From Torpedo marmorata (taxonomy: Eukaryota), in contig OZ360227.1 in NCBI GenBank assembly GCA_977017645.1, forward strand, positions 148,676,001 through 148,740,000: DNA of 64,000 bases, given 5' to 3'. Below the pieces are notes generated by a model that saw only the letters and a program-made list of their open reading frames with translations, was not told the origin of the DNA and did not search any database. A program made the position numbers and the translations under genes. Shown in pieces: positions 1 to 12,800 of the stretch (its first letter is position 1; every line of letters begins with the position of its first letter).

Positions 1-92
1 GCGGGAGCGCTGCATCTCCGCTCCCTAGCTCCCCGTGGGTCCGCACCAGCGGCAGCGCTGCCACTACAGCGGCTCCGGCAGCACCGCCATTT
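1..92 (-). mobile_element. 5' end of a GC-rich non-autonomous retroposon (same family as 23489-24321), running off the window edge
   Basis: Reverse complement of 1-76 (GGAGCCGCTGTAGTGGCAGCGCTGCCGCTGGTGCGGACCCACGGGGAGC...) aligns closely with 23490-23563. Confidence 0.8.
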
Positions 93-1029
93 CAATGATC
101 TCCTCATGCAATCACACCATTTAAAACAAAGTCCACAGTCCTTCAGATCACAGTTCTTCAGGTACACATCAAAAAACACTGTGAAAATGATGAGGATTTC
201 TTCCTCCATCTCCTTTAAGCAGGGAATTCCAGACCTTTTCTACCCATCAGTTGATTTCTCTCCTCTTCTCACCTCAGCTCCTCTCCCAATTCCTTTTATT
301 TTATGTCCCTGTTTTTTTTTACTCTGATAGGTAACTTCAATTTTATTATCTGATTTATTCAATTTACCTGAATACTCTTACCTCTGGAAAGTCTATTCAT
401 TTTGATCAAGGGACCTCCACATTCAAGGAAAAATCTGATACAGTTGGAATGATACAAAATAGGATAGCTTCTCATTTCATTTTTCATATTGAGATGAATC
501 ATAGAAAAACACGAAAAATGCTGGAATCTCAAGCAAGCAATGATCTACGGTGCGAATTCAGCAGATCACCCAGGGTCCATGGGTTGAAATGTTCAGTCAA
601 CATTTCAGATCAGGATATTCTATATTGAGAAAGGGGTTATTGCTGATCGTCTGCACATCAGTCCTATCATGGGATTGGAGACTTCATTCACAACATAAAG
701 AATTCCTGGTGCAGATTAGAGGGCAGTAAGCACTTTTAAAAAATTATTTTAATAATGTTTAATGCTTTTTGTTGATTTATTAATAATTGAATAAATATTT
801 AGGAAGTTTTCATTTTTTCATTTAAAAACAATAAAATGATTAGTTTTCAAAAAGTCTGTTTAAGTATCAGAGACATTTATAAACTGAAAAAAAATCCTCA
901 AGATTTCAGAGATAGAGCTTCATCCAACTTTTGTAGCTTATCCAAGTCTCGAATGGCATTTAAGAGGCAGGGCTGTAATGTAAACCAATTGAGCCCTATT
1001 CATTGACACCTTACTATTCATCTCTTTGC

Positions 1030-1810
1030 TGTAAAAATAAGTTGGATCGGCAGGAGATGATAGGTGGAGAAGGGAGGGAGGGGACAGCAGCGATCAGGGG
1101 GAGGAGAGATGGCTGGGTTGGTGAGGGGGAAGGGAGGGGAGAACTAGAAAGACAAGAAAGGGGGAGGGGAAAGAAGGCGAGCAAGTTTAGCAGAAAGCAG
1201 AGAAGTCAATGTTAAGGCCATCTGGCTGGAGAGTGCCCAGAAGGAAAAGAAGGTGTTGTTCCTCCAATCTGCGGGTGGTCAGGATGGGATAGTACATAAG
1301 GCCATGGACAGACATGTGAGTGGGAGAGTGTTGGCTACTGGGAGGTCGCTGTTGTTGCGGGTATTGAGCGAAGCGATCTCCCAATCTGCAACCGGTCTCT
1401 CTGATGTAGAGAAGGCCACAAAGGGAGCACCAGATGCAGTCAATTAGTCCTGTGGAAGTACAAGTGAAGTATTGCTTCACTTGAAAGGCCTGTTTGGGGC
1501 CCCGGACTGTGGTGAGGGAGGAGGTGTGGGCGCAAGTGTTGCACCTCCTGCGGCCACAGGGGAAGGTGCCGGGGGGTGGGTTGGAGGGGAGGGATGAGTG
1601 CACAAGTGAATCACGGAGGGAGCGGTCCCTGAGGAAGGCCGAGAGGGGAGGAATAGGAAAAATGTGTCTGGTGGTGGGATCCTGTAGTAAGTGCCGGAAA
1701 TTCCGGCAGATAATGTGTTGGATGCGGAGGGTGGTAGGTGAGGATGAGGGGGATTCTATGTTTGTTGCGTCTGGGGGCAGAGGGGGCCAGGGCACATGAG
1801 CGGGAAATGG
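1030..1810 (-). mobile_element. Penelope-like element fragment (GIY-YIG endonuclease region plus 3' polypyrimidine tract)
   Basis: ORF 1187..1795 contains PGTFPCGRRRCNTC...FTCTSTGLIDCIWCSLCGLLYIRETGCRLGDRF...TLQPDGLN, the Cys-rich linker and degenerate GIY-YIG domain typical of Penelope-like elements. Confidence 0.85.
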
Positions 1811-1814
1811 AAGC

Positions 1815-2049
1815 TGTAACCCTGCTGAACCTTACATCACAGCACTGAGCGATATTGCACCCATATTGTACTGTCAGTACTTTTATACTTGTTTGTTTGC
1901 TGGAGCGTTTGCTTTTATTCGCAGTTACTTGTAAATAGCACTATTCTTTGTACCTCTGGTTAGATGCTAATTGCATTTCATTGGCTTTGTATTTGTACTT
2001 GGCACAATGGCAATAAAGTTGAATCTAATCTAATCTAATCTAATCTAAT
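1815..2049 (+). mobile_element. LINE 3' tail fragment ending in (AATCT)n
   Basis: CAATAAAGTTG followed by about 5 copies of AATCT; no coding part retained. Confidence 0.5.
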
Positions 2050-3273
2050 TTTCCTCATGTAAATTCAGGAGTTTCCTGTAAATCTTCTGTCTCTATTGCT
2101 AATTTAGATCTTTATTGTTGTCCATTAATTGCATTCGTATCCTGATATCAAATTTTTGATTTCATAGAAAATATAAATATCAAGAGGGGGATTCTTGTTT
2201 TGTGATAGAGATCATGCCTCCGCAGAGAAATTCAACCTTTGTCAACAGGTATTGGACCTGATAGTGACTGTTTTATACAGTGCCTTTGAATTTTAGTTCC
2301 AGTGATTTCAATTAAAACTAATTATAGAAGTTGAGTAGAAACCTCAGCAAATAAAATATTGAGCATTACAGACTGGGAATCAATTTCAAGACAATTTCAA
2401 AGCGGCCACTCGTAATATTCAGAGACACATTCGCCATCCTGACTTTCTCCTTCGTGTAAATTCCAACCTGACATGATTTTACAAAATTTTCAGAGAAGAA
2501 ATTTATAATTAGAACCATAGAACCATAGAACACTACAGCACAGAAAACAAGCCATTCGGCCCTTCTAGTCTGTGCCGAAACATCACTCCTCCAGTCCCAC
2601 TGACCTGCACCCATTCCATAACCCTCCAGACCTCTCCCATCCATGTATCTATCCAATATATTCTTAAAACTTAAGAGTGAGCCCTCATTTACCATGTCAG
2701 ATGCCAGCTCATTCCACACTCCCAACACTCTCTGAGTGAAGAAGTTCCTCCTAATGTTTCCCTAAACGTTTCCCCTTTCAGCCAAAGTCATGTCCTCTTG
2801 TATTTATCTCTCCTAATCTAAGTGGAAAGAGCCTACTCGCATGTACTCTCTCTATACCCCTCATAATTTTGTAAACTTCTATCAAATCTCCCCTCATTCT
2901 TCTATGCTCCAAGGAATAAAGTCCAAACCTGTTTAATCTTTCCCTGAAACTCAACTCCTGAAGACCCGGCAACATCCTAGTAAATCTTCTCTGCACACTT
3001 TCAATCTTACTGATATCCTTCCTGTAGTTTGGCGACCAGAACTGCACACAATACTCCAAATTTGGCCTCACCAATGTCTTATACAACTTCACCATAATGT
3101 CCCAGCTCCTGTACTCAATACTTAGATTTATGAAGGCCAAGATGTCAAAAGCTTTTGTTATGGACCATGACTGACCATTTGGACTGCGGACGGTCAGCAG
3201 GAAGCATGAAGTCTTTTGGAGTACACACTGGGACTAGGTATTGAAAGAGTTAACTTGCCCAGGACTGGCTGTG

Positions 3274-3276
<3 letters not shown>

Positions 3277-3322
<46 letters not shown>
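3277..3322 (+). repeat. (AG)n microsatellite inside the solo LTR
   Basis: About 23 AG units. Confidence 0.95.
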
Positions 3323-3327
<5 letters not shown>

Positions 3328-3873
3328 CTGTGGAAAGATACTTTGTTGCACTTTTGCAAAAGCAGGTGCAAACCCCTGCAAAAAGCATTCAGTCTGGAGA
3401 TGCAAAAGGCTAAAGCAACAACATAAAATCCAGGCTTGTGCATTCCAGTAAAAAGACTGGGGAAAACAGCACATGGCCTCTTGAATCAGCAAAATCCTGA
3501 GATAAAGCAACTTGCGTGAAGAACAGGCGTGAGATCAGCAAGACAGGCTGTGTGATCCAAGTATACGCCTCAATCAGTGGTATACTGATTTGGAATCGCA
3601 ATCCTCGTGTACCTACCAAAAGGGAAAGTCATCAGGGAAGAAAAGCAGGCCAAGCATTCGTAAGCTTAAACAGTCATTGTCTCTCTCTCCAACGTTCATT
3701 AAGAAGTTCTTCATGCCAGCACACAGAGCTGAATTTGGACCCTGAACATAGAGAGTGATTTTTGTGGACTGTATTTTTGGGACTGACTTATTTTTATGAC
3801 TGACCTGGGGTTTTGGGGAAGGATTTCCATTTTTCCATGAGGGTTCGGCACAGACTGTAATGGTCTGGGCTTT

Positions 3874-3940
3874 ACGCACACGCGCGCACACACACTCACG
3901 CACACACACGCGCGCACACACACGCACGCACACACACACA
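3874..3940 (+). repeat. (CA)/(CG) mixed dinucleotide microsatellite
   Basis: acgcacacgcgcgcacacacac... alternating purine-pyrimidine tract. Confidence 0.9.
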
Positions 3941-6900
3941 AGATAAGAATAGTGTTTATAGACATTTATAGTGGGGTTAATTGTTAAGATATTATATGTT
4001 TAATTGTCTTTAATAAATATAAATTTCAATTTTACCCCTTTTGCATTGCGTCTTCTGTTATTGCTGGTTTGAATTTGCAAAACTTTCTTTACAACCCTGT
4101 CTTACCTGTGATGCCAGTTTCAGGGAATTATGTATCTGTATTCCCAGATCCCTTTGTTCCTCCGTATTCCTCAGTGCCCTACCATTTACTCTGTATGCCC
4201 CACCTTGGTTTGTCCTTCCAAAATGCAATACCTCACACTTCTCTGCATTAAATTCCATCTGCCATTTTCTGGCCCATTTTTCCAGTTGGTCCAGATCCCT
4301 CTGCAAGCTTTGAAAGCCTTCCTCGCTGTCCACAACACCTCCAATCTTAGTGTCATCAGCAAACTTGCTGATCCAATTTCCCACATTATCATCCAGATAA
4401 TTGATATAGACAACAAACAACAATGGTCCCAGCACTGATCCCTGAGGCACACCACTAATCACAGGCCTCCAGTCTGAGAAGCAATCATCCACTACCACTC
4501 TCTGTCTTCTCCCATTCAGCCAATTTTGATTCCAGTTTGCAACCTCTCCATGTATACCTAGTATCTGAACCTTCTGAACTAACCTCCCATGTGGGACCTT
4601 GTCAAAGGCCTTACTAAAGTCCATGTAGACAACATCCACAGCCTTTCCTTCATCTACTTTCTTGGTAACCTCCTCGAACAACTCTATAAGATTCATTAAA
4701 CTCGACCTACCACGAACAAAGCCATGCTGACTATCATTAATCAGCCCTTGGCTGTCAAATACTTGTATATCTGATCTCTCAGAACACCCTCCAATAATTT
4801 ACCTACTACTGACGTCAGGCTCACCGGCCTGTAATTTCCTGATTTACTTTTGGAGCTTTTTTTAAACAACGGAACAACATGAGCTACACTCCAATCTTCC
4901 GGCACCTCACCCGTGGCTAAGGACATTTTAAATATTTCTGCCAGGGCCCCTGCAATTCCTACACTAATCTCCCTCAAGGTCCAAGGGAATATCATGTCAG
5001 GCCCGGGGGATTTATCTACCTTTATTTGCTGTAAGGCAGCAAGCAACTCATCTTTAATCTCCATATGTACCATTCCACTACTGCTTGTTTCCCTTCCTTC
5101 CTTATACACTATGCCAGTTTCCTGGGTAAATACTGATGCAAAAAAACTGTTTAAGATCTCCCCCATCTCATGAAATTCCACACAGAGACGACCACTCTGA
5201 TCTTCTAGGGGACAAATTTTGTCCCTTACTATACTTTTACTCTTAACATACTTGTAGAAACCCTTCGGATTTACCTTCCCATTATCTGCCAAAGCAACCT
5301 CATGTCTTCTTTTTGCCTTCCTGATTTCCTTCTTGTATTTTCTTACATTTTCTATACTCTTCTAGTACCTCATTTGCTCCTTGTTGCCTATACCTGCTAT
5401 ACACCTCTCTCTTCTTCTTTACCAGATCGCCAATATCCCTTGAAAACCAAGGTTCCCTATGCCTGTTAACTTTGCCTTTAATCCTGACAGGAACATGAAA
5501 ACTCTGCACTCTCAAAATTTTGCATTTGATGGCCTTCCACTTACTGAAAACATCCTTGCCAGAAAACATCTTATCCCAATCCACTCTTCCAAGATCCTTT
5601 CTCATTTACACAAAATTGGCCTTTCTCCAATTTAGAATCTCAACTCGAGGACCAGACCTATCCTTATCCATAATTAACTTGAAACTAATGACATTATGGT
5701 CACTGGACGCAAAATGTTTGCCTACACATACTTCTGTCACCTGACCTGTCTGGTTCGCTAATAGGCGATCCAGTATTGCACTCTCTCCAGTTGGTACTTC
5801 TATATATTGATTTAGAAAACTTTCCTGAACACATTTGACAAACTCCAAGCCATCCAGCCCTTTTACAGTATGGGAGTCCCAGTTAATATGTGGAAAGTTA
5901 AAATCTCCTACTATCACAAATTTCTGTTTCTTACATCGGTCTGCAATCTCTCTACAGATTTGCTCCTCCAATTCTCTCTAACTATTGGGCAGTCTATAAT
6001 AAAACCCTATCAGTGTGGTCACACCTTTCCCGTTCCTCAGCTCCACCCATTTGGCCTCTGTAGACGAGCCCTCTGGGCTGTCCTGTCTGAGCACAGCTGT
6101 GATATTTTTCCTGACTAACAATTCCACTCCTCCCCCTCTATCACATCTGAAACAACGGAACCCCGGAACATTGAGCTGCCAGTCCTGCCCCTCCTGCAAC
6201 CAAGTCTCACTTATAGCAATAATGTCATAATCCCATGTGCCAATCCATGCCCTAAGCTTGTCTGCCTTTCCGACAATACTCCTTGCATTGAAATAAATAC
6301 ATTTGAGAACATTTCTATCATGTACAAACCTTTTTTCTGTCTATACATGCAGTCCTCACATGACCTTTATCCTCCTCCACCTCACTATCTGCTCTAACAT
6401 TCTGGTTCCCATCCCCCTGCCAATCTAGTTTAAACCCCCCGGAGCAGCACTGGCAAACCTCCCTGTAAGGACGTTAGTCCCTTTCCAGTTCAGGTTCAAA
6501 CCGTCCCGTCGAAACAGGTCCCACTTTCCCTTGAACAGAGCCCAATTGTCCAGAAACATGAAGCCCTCCCTCCTACACCATCTCTTTAGCCACATTTTTA
6601 GCTGCATTAACTTCCTATTTCTAGCCTCACTAGCACGTGGCACAGGTTGCACTCATGAGATCACAACCCTGGAGGTCCTGTCCTTCAACTTTGCACCTAA
6701 CTCCCTAAACTCTCTTTGCAGGACCTTCTCATCCTTCCTACCCACGTCATTGGTCCCTACATAGACCACGACATCTGGCTACTCACCCTCCCTCCTGAGA
6801 ATACCGAGAACTCGATCGAAGATATCGCGGACCCTGGCACCAGGGAGGCAACAGACCATCCAGGATTCTCGATCTCTCCCACAGAACCTCCTATCTGTCC

Positions 6901-9744
6901 CCCTATCGAATCCCCTATCACTACTGCTCTCTTCTTTTCCCTCCTTCCTTTCTGAGCTGAGGGTCCAGTCTCAGTGCCAGAGACGTGACTACTACAACTT
7001 GTCCCTGGTAGGTCGTCCCCACCAACATTTTCCAAAACGGTATACTTATTGTTCATGGGAACGGCCATAGTGTTGCTCTGCTCCCTCTGTCTATTCCCCT
7101 TCCCTCTCCTGACAGTCACCCAGCTACCTGCTTCCTGAATTTTGGGGGTGACTCTCTCCCTGAAACTCCACTCTATCACCCGCTCTGCCTCTCAAATGAT
7201 CCGGAGTTCATCCAGCTCCAGCTCCAGTTCCCTAACTCGGTTTGTCAGGAGCTGCAGCTGGATGCACCTTTTGCAGGTGTAGTCAACAGGAACAATTATG
7301 CTGTCCCAGATTTCCCACATCCCGCAATCGGAGAAATCCACTGCCCTAGCTGACTCCATTACCTACTCCTAATTTAATTAAAGGATCTTACGGGGCCTTA
7401 CCTCACTGGAAGCAATCTCTTCCTCAGCTCTCCAAAGCCTCTCAAGCCAAAGCCACAAAGCTCCACTTCTACACTCGGCCGCTCCTACACTGGGCCGCTT
7501 CTCACTGGCCACTCCTCTTCAGCTTCCCCTCCTTTTATTTGTCCCTGCCAATTATCTCAAGTACTCACTCTGACAAATCAACACTCTGTTCAATCCTTCA
7601 GTTGCCCTCCTCGCTCTTTTTAAAACTCACTCACCTCGGCTGGTTCCCTCCACTCACTACTCTCCCGAGTCCTTCGCTCCTCCTCTGACTGTGACGGTCC
7701 AGAGATCGCAATGGCCCGAGTCCCCGCTCCGCGCTCCTTTTAAAACAGCTCACTCACCTCGGCTGGTTCCCTCCACTCACCGCTCTCCAGAGTCCTTAAT
7801 GGGCTGGATTTTAACATTTCAGTACATTTTCAGAAGGGAACTGTACTGATGAGTTATTTTCATGTCTGCCTGTGGCAGCCTGAGACCTTGGCAAGTTTAA
7901 CCTATGTGTCTCATTAGCAAGTCATGTGGACCTCCTGCAACTAAAAGTAGACAGATAGTCGCTGACCTATGGAAATCTGCCTGCTGCCTTCTCTTCTTTA
8001 CCCTCCTTTGCCATGCCTTACTCCTTCCACTTTCATTTGCCCATTGTCTAAATGTTCATTCACTCTGTATCTAACCCTGCTTCACCTTCTACATATCCCC
8101 AAACCTCTCAACCTCATCTGTGATATTAGCTCATTTATTCTTGAACCCAGCATCTATGTCTTCATCTTTGCACTTGAAAATCCTCAGCCTGGTTTTACCA
8201 TTCAATCCACTATGAAGTTGACTTAGTTGTTCATATTCTAACTTTCAGTGATTGCATTCACCATCAACATCCCCCTCCCATGAACCTAAATAGCACATTA
8301 TCAAATTATTATTCATTTTTACCATCCATTCTATGATTTTATCTTTATTAACCCTCTCAACTGTATAATATCTCAAATTAATTGTTTTCCTTCAATTCAG
8401 GCTCCTGGACCATTCCACATTTAATTACTCTATCACTGGTGAAAAAAAATCGAAAGCTCTTGATTTACACCTTCAAACCTTTTTTCCTCTCCCTCCTTTT
8501 AGAGACTCTCATAGAAGCCTACCTCTTTGAACAAGGTTTTGGCCATCTACCTCAATATTTCCTCATATAATACTTCTCTAGTATTACTCAGGAAAGGAAG
8601 CCATGCAATGTTTTAATGACTTTTTCTTTCTTATTAGTCATATCTTTGATGTAAGAGCAGCTGACCTTTTGTAGTATGGATCAAACTATGACTAAACAAA
8701 TGAAAAATATTTCAGTAAAATCTTATATTAGTTCAACTTCTATACCTACATAAAATCTCAAATTATGGAACAAAATGTAGGGCATAAATAAAATGAATAA
8801 TAATTTATTTCCCTGTGTATATCTAAATAAAGAAAGAAAATTAAGCATATTTCAAAGGATATAAACTATCAAATTTATGCCAAGCACAAAGTAAAACTGA
8901 GCTCGACATATAAACATAGAAACAGGAAATACTCAACATTTTAGCCTGTACCTACATGGAAGGAAATAAAATGAATGTTTCATATCATTCACCTCAAACT
9001 GTTCCCTGTTCTGAAGAAAAATCATCAATCTGAAACATTAACTCAGTTTCTTTTTCCACAGGTATGTCAGGACTTTTGCTGATTTTAGAGATTTTATTTT
9101 GCTATTATTGTATAAAATCTAGCAGTTTAACCAATATTGTACTGAAGGTAACTAAAAATATGTCATTTCAAATAAAAATACTATCCTCAGTCCTAATATG
9201 GTTCAAGTTCAAGTTCATTTATCATCCAATTGTACCAGTACAACCTGATGATTCTGTGCGTCTGGTGGGGTCCTCACAGATTTTGCGAGCCCTCTTTAAA
9301 CAACGATCCTAGTAAATCATATCGATGGGGGGAAGGGCACACTCTGCCACACATGATCCTGTGGAGTGACCTCTGATCCAATTCTCTACAGCAACCATAC
9401 CACACTGTGATGCAGCTGGCCAGGATGGTCTCAATAGAGCTCCTGTAGAAAGTTGACAGAATGGTGGCCGGAAGCCTTGCCCGCCTCAGTCTTCCAAGGA
9501 AGTGCAGTCGCTGTTGTGCCTTCCTGACAAGGGAGGAGATGTTTTGTCTCCAGGACAGGTCATTTCTTTAGTGGACTCCGCGGAACGTGGTGCTCTCCAC
9601 TTCCAAGCTATTAGTGTAGTGTGTAGTGAAGGGTGGTCGTCGCTGGTTCTCCTGAAGTCCACAATCATCTCCTTTGTCTTATCCATGTTGAAATTCAGGT
9701 TTTTATTCTCGCACCATTTCACGAGATTTTCCACCTTTTCTCTG

Positions 9745-11163
9745 TATCGTCACAATCGCTCCACAGCAGACGCAATATCACTGGTTCGCCACTCAGCTCT
9801 GAATCACCTAGAAAACAACACATACATACGGCTGCTCTTCATCGACTACAGCTCAGCCTTCAACACCATTATTCACTCAGTGCTGGTCAACAAGCTCCAA
9901 ACCCTGGGCCTCTGCACCTCTTCCCCCCCCCACCCCCCCCGCCCCCACTCTGCAACTGGATCCTTGTCTTGCTCATCGGAAGAGCACAGTCAGTACAAAT
10001 TGGAAACAACATCTTTTCCTCATTGACAACCAACATAGGTGCACCTCAAGGATGCGTGCTTAGCCCACTGCTGCACCTATGACTGTGTGGCCAGGCACAT
10101 TTCCAATGCTATCTACAAATTAGCCAATGACACCACCGTTGTCAGCAGAATCATAGACGGCAATGAGGAAGTGTACAGGAGGGAGATAGATCAACTAGTT
10201 GAGTGGTGTCACACCAACAACCTTGCACTCAACATTAGAAAAACCAAGGAGATGATTGTGGACTTCAGGAGGAAGTCAGGAGGATACGAACCAGTCCTCA
10301 TCGAGGGTCAGCAGTAGAGAGGGTCAAGAACTTCAAATTCCTGGGTGTCAACACCTCCGAGGATCTGTCCTGGAGCCTCCATGTCGATGCAATCATGAAG
10401 AAAGCTCGCCAAAGGCTATACTTTGTAAGGAGTTTGAGGAGATTCGGTATGTCACCGAAGACTCTCTAAAACTTCTACACGTGTACTGTGCAGAGCATTC
10501 TGGCTGGTTGCATCACTGTCTGATACGGAGGTGCCAAAGCTCAGGACAAGAAAAAAGTTCCAAGTATTGTTAACTCGGCCTGCGACATCACGGGCACCAG
10601 TCTTCATTCCATAGAGGACATCTACAAGAGACGGTGTCTTAAGAAAGCAGCCTCTATCCTCAAGGACCCCCACCACCCAGACCATGCCCGCCACTCTGAT
10701 ACCATCAAGAAAAAGGTATAGGAGCCTGAAGTTGAGCACTCAGCGCCACAAGGACAGCTTCTTTCCCTCTGTCATCAGATTCCTGAATGAATAATGAATC
10801 ACAGACACTGCATTACTTTGACTTTTTCTTGCACTATTTTTATTTATTTTGTAAAGTGGTTTATCTTAATGTTTACACTGTGATGCTACCACAAAACAAT
10901 GAATTTTGTGACACACCAATAGCCTGAATACGACTGGATTGTCTGATCTTGGAAGCTAAGCAGGCACAGGACTGGTCAGTACTTGGAGGGGAGATGGCCA
11001 AGGAACACCAGGTGTTGTAGGTTTCTGTGAGGGGCGCTGGACAAAGTAGCGACCCTCTGTCTGCCTTACGGTAGACAAAAACTAAAGAATTTCATGTATG
11101 TTACATTCTAAATGTAGTATTACATCACAATAATGGAACCTTTACCTTTAAATTCTGATTCTA
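9745..11163 (+). mobile_element. Rex1/Babar-like LINE, 5'-truncated (RT region to 3' tail)
   Basis: [46 protein letters not shown]; 3' UTR like 26029-26973; ATTCTG tail at 11152-11163. Confidence 0.88.
10913..11150 (+). mobile_element. 5S rRNA-derived SINE (SINE3-type) with a LINE-like tail
   Basis: 10913-11024 aligns to 5S rRNA (GTCTGATCTTGGAAGCTAAGCAGG...TGGTCAGTACTTGGAGGGGAGA...GGTGTTGTAGGTTT), followed by about 125 bp of tail ending in ACCTTT repeats. Confidence 0.8.
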
Positions 11164-12609
11164 TTGCTACTCATTGTTGTTGCTGATGAGGCCAACTACT
11201 ATCGTGTCATCTGCAATCTTGATGAATCTGTTGGAGTGGATCTGGCATTGAAGTCGTGGGTCAGGAGCATGAACAGGAGGGGCTGAGCACACAGCCTTGA
11301 GGTGTACCACTGCTCAGTGTGATGGTGCTTGACGTTCTGCTGCCAACCTGGATAGACTGTGGTCTTTCTGTTAGGAAATCCAGAATACAGTTACAGAAAA
11401 GAGTGTTTACCCCAGTAAGGACAGCTTCACCACCAACCTCTGGGGTATGATTGTATTAAACGCTAAGATGAAGTCAATCAACAGCAGCCTGGCGTATGAG
11501 GCATTATTCTCCAGGTGGGTCAGGAGAGATTTGAGGGACAAGGCTATAGCATAGTTAGTTGAACAGGTCCATCTGTAGGCGAATTAAAATGGGTTCAGTG
11601 TCTCTGGGAGGTGAGCTTTGATATGTTCCATCACCAGACGCTCGAAGCATTTCATAATGGTGGAGGTCAGTGCCATTGGATGATAGTATTGAGGCCAGTT
11701 ATTGTCACCCTCTTTGGTACTGGATGATGGTTGCTGCCTTGAAACCCACGACATATACATTAAAACAGCTAAATCATTGTCACCTTACTCTGTCTAACAT
11801 TGCTGCACATAATTAAAGCTTTATCTCCCTCTCACTTTTTATTTTTCCAAACTCTGATAAGTAGTATTGTACAGAGAATAATTCAGCATTGTATATAGGT
11901 GTGACTTGTTCCTATTTTTGCTGTATATGGTTACAGATGTCCAGAAGATCATAACTCCAAAATAGAAATGTAATTCTGCTGGTAAAATATTACAGCTGCT
12001 TACCTCAGTTAGAAATGTACCTTACACTGCCAAAGACAGATGGGAGAGTATTGTTTCAAGTCTTAGTTAAATAAAATCTCCACTACCTTAGCAAAAATGT
12101 TGCATAAAATATGATATAACCAGTAGGGAAATTAATTCAAAAGATAGGCAAGATAAAATTTGAACCCTTAGTCATGCTGTCAGCATTACAGTCATAAATT
12201 ATTTGTTCTCAGCCAGTTAGGGCATGCATTTTTCCCATAAACTCTCACCTGGGGAAGGGAAATAATAAATATGGCACATTTTCAGTTTCTAATCGTTATG
12301 CAATTACTGGACAAATGTGGATTAAGCAACTGCATTTCTGGCAACTCGTTTCCAGTTTAAATTTTCTAATTAATGCCTACAATATAGAAATCTAAAGCTT
12401 TGAAGATACAATGGCGTAATACAGGAACAGATTTACAGAAAATGTAGTTCAAAGAGAGAAGAATGTTTACCTTGCTCCCATCAATTCCGTTATGGAGTCT
12501 GACAACTATCAAAGCTGCAGACACAGTAATTAACATAAATGAAAGTTGGAAACAGTATTACCCCTCCATAAGGTTTGCATAGTAGTGATTTTTTCACCTA
12601 AGCAAAGAA

Positions 12610-12800
12610 AGAGAATGTGGAGGCACTCATGGGTCAGGCAGCTCCCATGGAGAGAAATGAACAGTCAGTGCTTCATAGAGAAATAGAAGATGCAGATGCT
12701 GGAATCTTGAGCAGACAAAGAATTGCTGGAGGAACTCAGCAGGTCAGACAGCATCCACAGATAGAAATGGTCAGATTCTACCAAAAGATCCCAGATGTAG
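12610..12800. repeat. Short dispersed repeat of the kind flanking Penelope-like elements (related pieces near 507-620, 29120-29330, 43280-43350, 63860-63960)
   Basis: GATGCTGGAATCTTGAGCA...TGCTGGAGGAACTCAGCAGGTCAG.CAGCATC motif recurs in both orientations. Confidence 0.55.

Larger units (their letters stand above)
3156..4082. mobile_element. Solo LTR (Gypsy-like), 927 bp, inserted in CR1 ORF2
   Basis: Starts TGTTA; 4-bp TSD CTTT at 3152-3155 and 4083-4086; removing it restores CR1 sequence AAAAGCTTTCTTTACAACC. The right end CAAAA is a degraded TAACA. Confidence 0.75.
2510..7797 (-). mobile_element. Near full-length, decayed CR1 LINE (ORF1 zinc finger/esterase, ORF2 endonuclease/RT), interrupted by a solo LTR
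   Basis: (CTATGGTT)n tail near 2510-2530; RT motifs VYMDFSKAFDKVPH, GVPQGSVLGPLLF and KFADD (4058..4696); endonuclease VGDFNFP and SDH (5606..5971); ORF1 from ATG at 7359 with VVIGDSI esterase motif; many stops and frameshifts. Confidence 0.93.
9200..11750 (-). mobile_element. Rex1/Babar-like LINE 3' part, split by a nested plus-strand copy
   Basis: (TTGAAC)n tail near 9200; RT peptide [26 protein letters not shown] (9486..9734); sequence resumes near 11165 with KIADDTIVVGLISNNNE on the minus strand. Confidence 0.8.

Noticed and set aside
3216-3510. ERERER and SLSLSL ORFs
   Set aside because: Translations of the (AG)n microsatellite.
9008-9045. Penelope-type minimal hammerhead ribozyme (CTGAAGA...GAAAC)
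   Set aside because: Core-like words are present but the stems do not pair convincingly.
10913-11024. Functional 5S rRNA gene
   Set aside because: 5' end missing, many substitutions, not in an array, and fused to a retroposon tail.
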